DNA of 64,000 nucleotides from Nitriliruptoraceae bacterium (GTDB lineage Bacteria; Actinomycetota; Nitriliruptoria; Nitriliruptorales; Nitriliruptoraceae). Within the stretch, counting starts at the first letter, position 1. Each line of letters begins with the position of its first letter. The notes below the pieces were generated by a model that saw nothing but the letters and a program-made list of their open reading frames with translations, searched no databases and was not told the origin of the DNA. Positions 9,000 through 17,266 of this stretch are shown piece after piece. The position numbers and the translations under genes were made by a program. Location of the stretch: assembly GCA_046540855.1 (NCBI GenBank), contig JBKHEJ010000001.1:6099-70098 (forward strand), given 5' to 3'.

Positions 9000-10328
9000 G
9001 TGTTCGACTCCCTCCTCGTCGCCAACCGGGGTGAGATCGCCTGCCGGGTCCTCAGCACCGCACGCGAGCTGGGCCTGCGCACGATCGCGGTGTACTCCGA
9101 GGCGGACGCTCGAGCCCGGCACGTCGAGCTCGCCGACGAGGCGGTGGCGATCGGCCCGGCCCCGGCGGCCGAGTCCTACCTCGACGTCGACGCCCTCGTC
9201 GGCGCGATCACCGCGACCTCGGCGGCCGCGGTCCACCCGGGCTACGGCTTCCTGTCGGAGAACGCCGGCTTCGCCCGGGCCGTCGAGGCGGCCGGCGCGG
9301 TCTGGGTCGGCCCTCGGCCTGAGACCATCGAGGCGGTCGGGGACAAGCGGGCGGCGCGTGAGGTGATGGCCGAGGCCGGGGTGCCCGTCAACGGCGGTGG
9401 TGCCGTCGAGGACCCCGAGGGGGCGCTCGCGATCGCCGACCGCATCGGCTTCCCCGTCATGGTCAAGGCCGCCGCCGGCGGCGGCGGGATCGGGATGCGC
9501 ATCGTGGACGATCGCGACGCGCTGGTCGCGGCGATCCGAAGCACGAGCGACCAGGCGGCCCGGTTCTTCGGCGACGGCAGCATCCTGCTCGAGCGGTACC
9601 TGCCGAACGCCCGGCACGTCGAGCTGCAGGTGCTGGGGCTCGCCGACGGCCGCGTGGCCGTGCTCGGCGAGCGGGACTGCTCGGTCCAGCGCCGTTACCA
9701 GAAGGTCATCGAGGAGTCCCCGTCCCCGGGCGTGTCCCCGCAGCTGCGCGCCCGCATGATCGAGGCCATCCGCGCCGGCGCGGAGCACCTCGGCTACCGC
9801 AACGCGGGCACCTTCGAGTGCCTGGTCTCCGGCGACGACTTCGTGTTCCTCGAGGTCAACGCCCGCCTACAGGTCGAGCACCCGGTCACCGAGGCGGTCA
9901 CCGGACTGGACCTGGTCGCCGAGCAGCTGCGGATCGCCGCCGGCGAGCCGCCGGGCTTCGACCCCGGCGCGATCACCCCGCACGGCCACGCCATCGAGCT
10001 GCGCGTCTACGCCGAGGACGGCAGGCGGTTCCTGCCCCGGCCCGGGACGATCGCGGCCTACGAGGAGCCGACCGGCCCGGGTATCCGCATCGACAGCGGG
10101 TTCCGGGCCGGCGATGCGATCACACCCTTCTACGACCCGCTGATCGCGAAGCTCGTCGCCCACGGCGAGGACCGGGCGCAGGCGATCGAGCGCGCCCGCG
10201 CGGCCGTGGACGCCTACGTCATCGAGGGGCTGACCAGCAACCTCGACCTCCTCGCCGAGGTGCTCGACGACCCGGGCTTCCGCACCGGCAACTACGACAC
10301 GGGCATCGTCGCGCGCCTGCGCGCCTGA
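9000..10328 (+). CDS. biotin carboxylase (acyl-CoA carboxylase alpha, without fused BCCP domain)
   Basis: VFDSLLVANRGEIACRV...HPGYGFLSEN...MVKAAAGGGGIGMR...EVNARLQVEHPVTE. 442 aa. Confidence 0.92.
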   Translation: MFDSLLVANRGEIACRVLSTARELGLRTIAVYSEADARARHVELADEAVAIGPAPAAESYLDVDALVGAITATSAAAVHPGYGFLSENAGFARAVEAAGAVWVGPRPETIEAVGDKRAAREVMAEAGVPVNGGGAVEDPEGALAIADRIGFPVMVKAAAGGGGIGMRIVDDRDALVAAIRSTSDQAARFFGDGSILLERYLPNARHVELQVLGLADGRVAVLGERDCSVQRRYQKVIEESPSPGVSPQLRARMIEAIRAGAEHLGYRNAGTFECLVSGDDFVFLEVNARLQVEHPVTEAVTGLDLVAEQLRIAAGEPPGFDPGAITPHGHAIELRVYAEDGRRFLPRPGTIAAYEEPTGPGIRIDSGFRAGDAITPFYDPLIAKLVAHGEDRAQAIERARAAVDAYVIEGLTSNLDLLAEVLDDPGFRTGNYDTGIVARLRA

Positions 10329-10431
10329 GCGCGCCCGGTCCGATGGTGCCCCGACCCCCAGACAGCCACGCAGCACCCCCGCGCCTGCCGCCTACCGGCG
10401 GAGCCGGACCCACCCCTTCCAGGAGCGAGCC

Positions 10432-10641
10432 ATGACCGAGATGCGCGCCGAGATGGCGGCCAACGTGTGGAAGATCGTCGTCGCCGACGGCGACGCGGTC
10501 GCCGCGGGCGACACCCTCGTCATCCTCGAGTCGATGAAGATGGAGATCCCCGTCGAGGCCGAGGCCGCCGGGCTGGTCACCCTCGCCGTCGAGGAGGGCC
10601 AGGCCATCGACGAGGACGACCTCATCGCGACGATCCAGTGA
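10432..10641 (+). CDS. stand-alone biotin carboxyl carrier protein (biotinyl domain only)
   Basis: 69 aa, ...GDTLVILESMKMEIPVEA... with an MKM biotinylation motif (Lys codon 10537-10539). Confidence 0.85.
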   Translation: MTEMRAEMAANVWKIVVADGDAVAAGDTLVILESMKMEIPVEAEAAGLVTLAVEEGQAIDEDDLIATIQ

Positions 10642-10854
10642 GCGGTGCCACCCAGGACCTGCCGCCGCTGTCCGCCGACCAGTTGCTGGCGGCTACGCCG
10701 CATCAGCGGGCTAGTGCCCGACCGCCGCTGCCACGGCGACGCGGTCGCGGACGGCGTTGAGATCAGCGTGGCAGCCCACAGATGGTTCCCCGACCTGCGG
10801 ACCACCTCGATCTGCGACGGTGGCCGCAGCCCCCTCGTCGCGGCCGGGCCGTGA
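10638..10854 (+). pseudogene. decayed 5-prime relic of an S9 peptidase gene (paralog of 39787..41634)
   Basis: GTG overlapping the BCCP stop, as at 39787. VSGATQDLPPLSADQLLAATP matches VSTADVSPPLSIDQLLAATP. In another frame, RWFPDL..DGGRSPL matches ELWAFPVDGGAPERL. Premature stops, no long ORF. Confidence 0.55.
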
Positions 10855-11112
10855 GTTGCACGGGGCCGGTGCCGTTGTGTGAAGCGAACCGACGCCCCAA
10901 CCGTCGAGTCGCTTCAGACGATCCGTACGGCCGTCGAGTGGTGAGGTGGAGGCACCGTGGTGGTGCGTTGAGTGAGCAGGGCGTCACGCATGGTCGGGGC
11001 TGCCGATGCCGGGCATCGACCGGACGGCACCTCGGTCACCCGGATCGGGGCGGCACCATCGCTGAAGCCGGGCATTGTCGGGTCCGAGCCGGCTCGCTAG
11101 CCTCTCAGCGCG

Positions 11113-11132
11113 GCGAACGAGCGATCGTTCGC
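11113..11132. promoter_or_regulatory. operator-like palindrome site 4 (GCGAACGAGCGATCGTTCGC, perfect 8-bp arms)
   Basis: Follows a TAGCCT box; 120 nt upstream of the DUF885 start. Confidence 0.6.
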
Positions 11133-11254
11133 AACGAGACGGCGTCGTGACCGCGCGGAGGAACCGGTTGCGGGGAAGCCGCCCAGCACAGGCTGGCCTG
11201 TTGGCGCGGGTCGGATCCCGAAGCAGGCGTCAGCCGCAGGAGGAGGGTTGATCC

Positions 11255-12928
11255 ATGCCAGAGCTCGCGAAGGTCATCGACGATTACCTGGAAGCCACCT
11301 TCACCCTCGACCCGGTGGCCGCGAGCGACCTCGGGGTGCACGACCACGACCACGAGCTCGGCGTGTTCGATGCGGACCGTATGGCCGAACACCGCGACCA
11401 CCTCGTCGCCACCATCGCAGCCCTGCGTGCCATCGACCCCGCAGGCCTCTCCCAGCTCGAGGCGCTCGATCACACGATCGCTCTCAGCGAGGCCGAGGTG
11501 GACCTTCGTCGGCACGATGACCAGCGGGTGTGGGAACGCGCCCCCTACTGGTACGCGGAGCGGCTCGGCGACGCTCTCTCCACCCTGATGACCCGGACCT
11601 CGACCCCGCTCGAGGCCCGTGGGGAGGCGATGCGGGCTCGGTTGCGGGCGACGCCTCGGTACCTAGCGACGGCGTTGGCGACCCTCTCTGACGCGACGCC
11701 CGAGGTGTACGTCGGCATGGGGCGCACGGCCGCCCGCGGGATGCAGGAGTTCCTCGCCGACGCCGTGCCTGCCTTCGCGGCTCAGCTGCCCGATCCACTG
11801 GCCGCCGAGATCGCAGCCGACAGCGCCGCAGCCGGAGCTGCGCTGGAGCGTTTCGACCGGGGGCTCGAGGATCTGGGAGCGCGCGCGGCGGGGGAGTACC
11901 GCGCGGGTGCGGCGCACGTGGACTTCCTGCTCGAGACCTACCACCGCGTCGAGATGGACCACGACGAGCTCTACGCTTGGGGGCGTGAGGCGGTCGATCG
12001 CGATCGCGCGGCGCTGGAAGCGTTGGCTGCCGAACTGGATCCCACGTCATCGTGGATGGAGCAGATCGCACGGGTCAAGGACCATCACCCCGCTCCGGAA
12101 GCCTTCGTGACCGCCTACGGCGATGAGATGGCGCTCGCTCGGGAGCACTGCATCGAGAAGGACCTGATCACCATCCCCGATGGCGAGGTGTGCCGGATGC
12201 GTTGGTTGCCCGCCTATCTGCGGGCCAGCCTCCCCATCGCGGTCATGGCGACCACGCCGCCCTTCGAGCCTGGACTCGAGAGCGAGTGGCTGATCACCCC
12301 GCTGGATCCGGATGCGCCGCAGGAGCGCCAGCGTCAGCACATGCGAGACAACTGCTACGCGTTCTGCCGGTCCATAGCGGGTCATGAGATCTACCCGGGA
12401 CACCACCTCCAGAAGGTGCACCACAAGCTGGCCACGGCGGCATCACCGATCCGCCGCTACACCTCCAGCCCGCTCTTCGTCGAGGGCTGGGGCCTGTACA
12501 CCGAGGACCTCCTGACCGAGACCGGGCTGCTGGCGGAACCCGACGTTCGCCTGTTCAAGCTGCGCAACGCTCTGTGGCGTTCGGCCCGGGTGGTGGTGGA
12601 CACCGGGCTGCACACCCGCGGCATGAACGTGCGGGAGGCTGCGGACGTACTGGAGCGGGAGGTGTGCCTCGATCGTCACATGGCCGAGGGCGAGATCATG
12701 CGCTATGTGCGGCACGACAACCCCACCTATCCATCGTCCTACCTGTTGGGACGGACCGCGATCCACGAGCTAAGGCAGCGGGCGATCCCCGGGAAGTCGG
12801 TCGGTCCAGACCTCAAGGCCTTCCACGACAAACTGCTCTCCTACGGCTCGATCCCCGTCGCGCTGATCGCGGAACAGTTCGCTCTGGACGGGCTGATCCC
12901 TCCCGCCACGGGCACTCTGCCGGGCTGA
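11255..12928 (+). CDS. DUF885 family protein (putative metallopeptidase)
   Basis: RBS GGAGGAGGG. 557 aa. HEIYPGHH motif at 12383-12406. Confidence 0.8.
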   Translation: MPELAKVIDDYLEATFTLDPVAASDLGVHDHDHELGVFDADRMAEHRDHLVATIAALRAIDPAGLSQLEALDHTIALSEAEVDLRRHDDQRVWERAPYWYAERLGDALSTLMTRTSTPLEARGEAMRARLRATPRYLATALATLSDATPEVYVGMGRTAARGMQEFLADAVPAFAAQLPDPLAAEIAADSAAAGAALERFDRGLEDLGARAAGEYRAGAAHVDFLLETYHRVEMDHDELYAWGREAVDRDRAALEALAAELDPTSSWMEQIARVKDHHPAPEAFVTAYGDEMALAREHCIEKDLITIPDGEVCRMRWLPAYLRASLPIAVMATTPPFEPGLESEWLITPLDPDAPQERQRQHMRDNCYAFCRSIAGHEIYPGHHLQKVHHKLATAASPIRRYTSSPLFVEGWGLYTEDLLTETGLLAEPDVRLFKLRNALWRSARVVVDTGLHTRGMNVREAADVLEREVCLDRHMAEGEIMRYVRHDNPTYPSSYLLGRTAIHELRQRAIPGKSVGPDLKAFHDKLLSYGSIPVALIAEQFALDGLIPPATGTLPG

Positions 12929-13550
12929 TGAGCGCCCAGGCCCTTGTCGCTTGGCCTGCGGACGCTCGCCAGGGTGCTGGTGGTCGGCAGCTGAGTTGGG
13001 ATCCACCCCGCTCTGCCTCGGTCGGTTCGCTTGGCGGGGTGGTGCCGTGCCGGACGTCGTGATGACGTGCGTGGGGGTGCTGCGCAACGCACCGATCACG
13101 GAGATGGAGGACGACGACCTCGACGAGGTGGTCGGAGTCCACCTCGCCGGCACCTTCAAGGTGGTCCGGGCAGCGGTACCCCACCTACGGGGAGGCTCGT
13201 CGATCGTGACGGTGTCCTCGGGCGCCGCCTGGGGCTCTACCCGGGGCCACAGCAACTACTCGGCGGCCAAGGCCTCGATCCCCGGCCTCACCCGTGCCCT
13301 GGCACTCGGGTTGGCGCCACACACCCGGGTGAACGCCGTAGCGCCCGGAGCCGTCGAGAGCCGTATGACCCGCCAGACCGCGGCGCAACTGGGCATGGAC
13401 ATGGAGACCTACCGGCAACGGATCGCTGCGCAGGTGCCCCTCGCTCGGATCGGGCAGCCCGAGGACGTCGCCGACGTCATCCGCTTCCTCGCATCGTCGA
13501 TGGCGCGCTACGTCACCGGCCAGGTGATCAAGGTCGGCGGGGCACCGTGA
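12928..13550 (+). pseudogene. short-chain dehydrogenase/reductase fragment lacking the Rossmann N-terminus
   Basis: From about 13047: VGVLRNAPITEM...VTVSSGAAWGSTRGHSNYSAAKASI...NAVAPGAVES...GQPEDVADVIRFLAS (catalytic S/YxxxK present, no TGxxxGxG). An ATG at 12928 overlaps the upstream stop but is in another frame. Span is 623 nt, not a multiple of 3. Confidence 0.55.
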
Positions 13551-13697
13551 CCGGGCAGCTGGCGGGGGAGCAGTGCCGCCGCAGCAACCATCTCAGCCGG
13601 GGTCGTGAGGGTCCCTCGCGCCTCGATCCGGAACGGTGGTCGCATCAGAAGTCGAGGTTGCCCACCTCGCCGCGGGCTGCTTCAGTGCTCCCGGATA

Positions 13698-13711
13698 CGA
13701 ACGAGCGTTAG
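13698..13711. promoter_or_regulatory. operator-like palindrome site 5 (CGAACGAGCGTTAG)
   Basis: 1 mismatch to the consensus. The right arm forms a TTAGCT box; upstream of the amidohydrolase gene. Confidence 0.55.
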
Positions 13712-13805
13712 CTCACTGGCGAAGGGTGGGCCTGTCCGATGCCGGCCATCCTTGCGCCGGCCGAGCGGGAGTGAGAAGCGGCGGTCGGCCGCGGGAGGGC
13801 GCGAC

Positions 13806-14984
13806 GTGGTGGAACAGAGTTGGTACCTGCGGGGCGCACGCTGGTTGGACGTGGCGACCGGTGAGACCGCGCAGCGGGATATCGTCCTACGCGACGGTCG
13901 TATCGCGGCTGAGCCCGGTGATGCGACGGTGGTGGACGCATCCGGTCTCACCGCGCTCTTCGGGCTGTGGGACTGCCACACCCACCCGGGTGGGATGATG
14001 TACGACCCGGACGCTGCCGGCTACTTCGAGGCCGCCCCCGAGCGCACGATCCGCGCGGGCGAGAACCTCCAGCAAGCGGCACGGATGGGGGTCACTGGTA
14101 CGCGGGCAGTCGACGAGGCGAACGAGATCGACCTGGCTTGGGGCCGTGCCTTCGCCGCGGGCACCCCGGTCGGTCCCAGGGTGCTCGGCGCGGGCCGCGG
14201 CATCCGGACCACCGCCGGACACGGGACGGCCTTCCCGCGGGTCTTCACGCAGCTCGATGCGGAGCTCGTGGTAGACGGCCCCACTCAGATGGCCCGGGCG
14301 GTGCGTCTGCTGGTCGAGCGGGGCGCGCACTGGGTCAAGATCATGCTCACCGGCGGCTTGTACAGCCCCCACGAGACCGTGGACGGGGTGCAGTTCACCG
14401 ACGAGGAACTGACGGCCCTGATGGAGGTGGCTCGGATCCGTGGGATCCCCGTCGCCGCCCACTGTGGTGGCTCCGAGGCTGCGGTGCGCTTCGCTGAGCT
14501 CGGAGGCCGCTCGGTGGAACACGGCTACGCCCTCGACGAGCGGGCGGCAGCTGCGATGGCCGCTCATGGCACCTGGTTCGTGCCGACGCTGTCGGTGACC
14601 CACGACCGGGAGTTCATCGAGGCCGAAGGGTGGCCCGCGCATGCCGCCAACCGGGCCTTCGAGACCGCGCCCGGGCATGCTGACGCGGTGCGGGTCTGCC
14701 AGGAGGCCGGGGTGCGCATCGCTGCGGGCGCCGACCTCAATCCGATCGGGCCACGGCTGCACCGCGAACTGGAGATGATGGAGCGTGCCGGCATGGATCG
14801 CCTCGCGGTCCTGGAGGCGGCAACCGTGGGAGGGCGGGCACTGAACGGCTTCGGGGACGACACGCTGCCCGAGGCCGGCGGGATCGGCGATCTCGTCCTG
14901 GTCGAGGGTGACCCACTGGACGATCTCGCGGTGCTCCGCACGCCCCGGATGGTCTTCGCTCACGGACGCCGGCTGGTCGCGTGA
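13806..14984 (+). CDS. amidohydrolase family protein (metal-dependent, COG1228-like)
   Basis: GTG 13806 after GGGAGGG. ...LWDCHTHPGG (HxH)...HWVKIMLTGG...PVAAHCGG...AAGADLNP. Paralog of 43614..44825. Confidence 0.85.
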   Translation: MVEQSWYLRGARWLDVATGETAQRDIVLRDGRIAAEPGDATVVDASGLTALFGLWDCHTHPGGMMYDPDAAGYFEAAPERTIRAGENLQQAARMGVTGTRAVDEANEIDLAWGRAFAAGTPVGPRVLGAGRGIRTTAGHGTAFPRVFTQLDAELVVDGPTQMARAVRLLVERGAHWVKIMLTGGLYSPHETVDGVQFTDEELTALMEVARIRGIPVAAHCGGSEAAVRFAELGGRSVEHGYALDERAAAAMAAHGTWFVPTLSVTHDREFIEAEGWPAHAANRAFETAPGHADAVRVCQEAGVRIAAGADLNPIGPRLHRELEMMERAGMDRLAVLEAATVGGRALNGFGDDTLPEAGGIGDLVLVEGDPLDDLAVLRTPRMVFAHGRRLVA

Positions 14985-15090
14985 GCAGCCGAGCGCTCGC
15001 GCGTGGGCGCGCTCGCACGGTGGCCGGCGCCGGTCGAGGCGTGAAGCAACGCCGCGGTCTTGCCGTGGCAGTTACCTCGATAGTAGGCTA

Positions 15091-15106
15091 ACGAACGGTC
15101 GTTCGT
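15091..15106. promoter_or_regulatory. operator-like palindrome site 6 (ACGAACGGTCGTTCGT, perfect 7-bp arms)
   Basis: Starts 1 nt after TAGGCT (15084-15089); upstream of the binding-protein gene. Confidence 0.6.
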
Positions 15107-15212
15107 CCGTGTCGCCGGCGCGGGCGGGGGAGAGGGACACGAAGGCACGCTGGGAGCAGCGGAGGTGCGAGTACGCGCCGCCGTTCGCATGATCACCAAG
15201 GGAGCTGACTCG

Positions 15213-16961
15213 ATGAAGCAGCCTCAGGAACGCAAGATCCAGCGAGCGGCGCTACTGCTGCTGCTCGCGCTGGCCATGGTCGCCGCAGCCTGCGGGGAGG
15301 CCGAGGACACCACGTCCGCCGACGAGGGTGAGGACGTCGCCGAGGAGACCGAGGAAGGTGAGGAGGTCGAGGACGACGAGGGTGATGAGGAGGGTGGCGA
15401 CGAGGAGGAGGCAGCCGGTGATCGTGTCGATGGCGGCACGGTCATCTTCGGTGCCGAGCAGGAGCCGGCCATCCTCAACCCGTCGATCCAGGAGGGCATC
15501 CTGTTCGCGACCTCGGTGGTCGTCGCGCCCCAGCTCTACCCGTTGTGGCGGATCACGCCGGAGCTGGACTTCGAACCCCTGCTCCTCGACGGAGAGCCCG
15601 TCGTCGAGGAGGATCCCTTCCGCGTGACCTACACGCTGAAGGAGGACGCGGTGTGGAGCGACGGCACCCCGATCACCGCTCGTGACGTCGAGTTCACGTG
15701 GGAGCGCCGGGTCGACCCCGAGGTGGAGGTCGCGAACCGAACCGGTTACGACCAGGTCAGCGACGTCGAGATCGTGGACGACAAGACCATCACCTTCACC
15801 TTCGAGGAGGTCTACGCACCCTGGCGTCTGATGTTCTCCACCATCGACGGGGTGATCCTTCCGGCCCACATCCTCGAGGGTGAGGACCTGAACGAGGTGT
15901 GGCGGGACGATATCCCGGTCGCTTCCGGTCCGTTCATGTTCGAGGAGTGGAACCGCGGCGTGGACCTCACCCTGGTCAAGAACGAGAACTACTGGGGGAC
16001 CGAGCCGAGCCTGGACCGGATCGTCTTCCGGTTCCTCGAGGACTCCTCGACGCAGGTGCAGCAGTTGCGAGGTGGGGAGATCGACGTGCTCGCTCCGCAA
16101 CCGCAGATCGATCTCGTGGAGCAGATCGAGGCCATCGACGACGTCGTGCTGAACGCCGTCGCCGGTCCGAGCTGGGAGCACCTGAACCTGCAGGCGGACA
16201 AGCCGGAGCTCGCACCGCTGTTCGTCCGCCAGGCCATCGCCAAGGGCATCGACCGAGCAGCGCTCGTTGATGCGCTGATCGCGCCGATCCAGCCCGACGC
16301 GGAGCCTCTGGACAGCATCTTCTACCTGACCAACCAGCCGGAGTTCGAGCCGAACTGGTCGGATGCGCTGGCCTTCGACCCGGAGGCGGCCGAGCAGTTG
16401 CTCATCGACAACGGGTGCGAGCTCGGTGACGACGGCGTGTACGTCTGCGATGGTGTCCGCCTGTCGATCCCCTACGCGACCACGACGGGCAACGAGCGCC
16501 GGGAGCTGACCTTCGAGGTCCTTCAGGCGCAGCTCGCGGACATCGGCATCGAGCTGAGCGCGGACTTCTCGGAGGCCTCGGTCCTGTTCGGTACGCGCCT
16601 GTTCGAGCGGGACTTCAGCATCAGCGCGTGGGGTTGGACGGGCACTCCGGATCCCTTCAACACCATCTCACAGTGGGGCTGCACGGATGAGGACGCGGGT
16701 ACCGGTGGGCAGAACTTCACCGGGGTCTGCTCGGAGGAGGCCACCGAGCTCATGCGTGAGGCGAACCAGGAGATCGACCCGGGGCGCCGCACGGAGCTGT
16801 TCCAGGAGGCCGACGCCCTGCTGGCTGAGCTGGTCCCGGTGATCCCGCTCTACCAGACCCCGACGATCACGGCGTACAACACCCGGGTGGCCGGCGTGGA
16901 GACGAACCCGAGCTCGGTGGGTCCGACCTGGAACACCCAGGACTGGTACCTGACCGAGTGA
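15213..16961 (+). CDS. ABC transporter substrate-binding lipoprotein, family 5 (peptide/nickel, DppA/OppA-like)
   Basis: ATG 15213 after AAGGGAG. Signal MKQPQERKIQRAALLLLLALAMVAAAC, then an acidic linker. Alternative in-frame GTG at 15165. Confidence 0.88.
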   Translation: MKQPQERKIQRAALLLLLALAMVAAACGEAEDTTSADEGEDVAEETEEGEEVEDDEGDEEGGDEEEAAGDRVDGGTVIFGAEQEPAILNPSIQEGILFATSVVVAPQLYPLWRITPELDFEPLLLDGEPVVEEDPFRVTYTLKEDAVWSDGTPITARDVEFTWERRVDPEVEVANRTGYDQVSDVEIVDDKTITFTFEEVYAPWRLMFSTIDGVILPAHILEGEDLNEVWRDDIPVASGPFMFEEWNRGVDLTLVKNENYWGTEPSLDRIVFRFLEDSSTQVQQLRGGEIDVLAPQPQIDLVEQIEAIDDVVLNAVAGPSWEHLNLQADKPELAPLFVRQAIAKGIDRAALVDALIAPIQPDAEPLDSIFYLTNQPEFEPNWSDALAFDPEAAEQLLIDNGCELGDDGVYVCDGVRLSIPYATTTGNERRELTFEVLQAQLADIGIELSADFSEASVLFGTRLFERDFSISAWGWTGTPDPFNTISQWGCTDEDAGTGGQNFTGVCSEEATELMREANQEIDPGRRTELFQEADALLAELVPVIPLYQTPTITAYNTRVAGVETNPSSVGPTWNTQDWYLTE

Positions 16962-16995
16962 CCTGACCGGTGGCTGCCAGCGCCACCACCGACAC

Positions 16996-17024
16996 GGAGG
17001 GGGCGGCCACAGGCCGCCCCCTCC
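16996..17024 (+). terminator. hairpin terminator (13-bp GC stem, 3-nt loop)
   Basis: GGAGGGGGCGGCC aca GGCCGCCCCCTCC, 35 nt after the stop at 16961. No T-tract. Confidence 0.6.
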
Positions 17025-17135
17025 TGCGTACCGCCAGCACCATCGCCAGCGTGTGCGGCCATCGCGCGTCGGCGGTGATTATGGCCGGGGTACCTGACGC
17101 CCCCCAGGACGGTCTTCTATCGTCGTCGTAGGAGG

Positions 17136-17149
17136 CGAGCGTACGTTCA
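17136..17149. promoter_or_regulatory. operator-like palindrome site 7 (CGAGCGTACGTTCA)
   Basis: 2 mismatches to the consensus. Embedded in the larger inverted repeat GGAGGCGA...TCGCCTCC (17131-17158); upstream of the second binding-protein gene. Confidence 0.5.
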
Positions 17150-17266
17150 TTCGCCTCCCGTCCAGAGGTACGGGGAGCGTCTGGGACCTCGCCGTGCTCG
17201 GCCACCTCGGTGGATGCCCCGTCAGCAGGCGCGGACCTCCACCGACCGAACCACCGAGGGAGTTGT

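Noticed and set aside
11150-11235. GGAACCGGTTGCGGGGAAGCCG... leader upstream of DUF885, superficially like the 5-prime part of a cobalamin riboswitch
   Set aside because: I could not find the conserved B12-box or the CCGCCACTG-type core, and the gene context has no cobalamin link.
15320-15420. GAG/GAC/GGT-rich repetitive stretch (similar stretches near 17380-17460 and 47400-47530)
   Set aside because: These are in-frame coding low-complexity acidic linkers of the binding lipoproteins, not a tandem repeat array or CRISPR.
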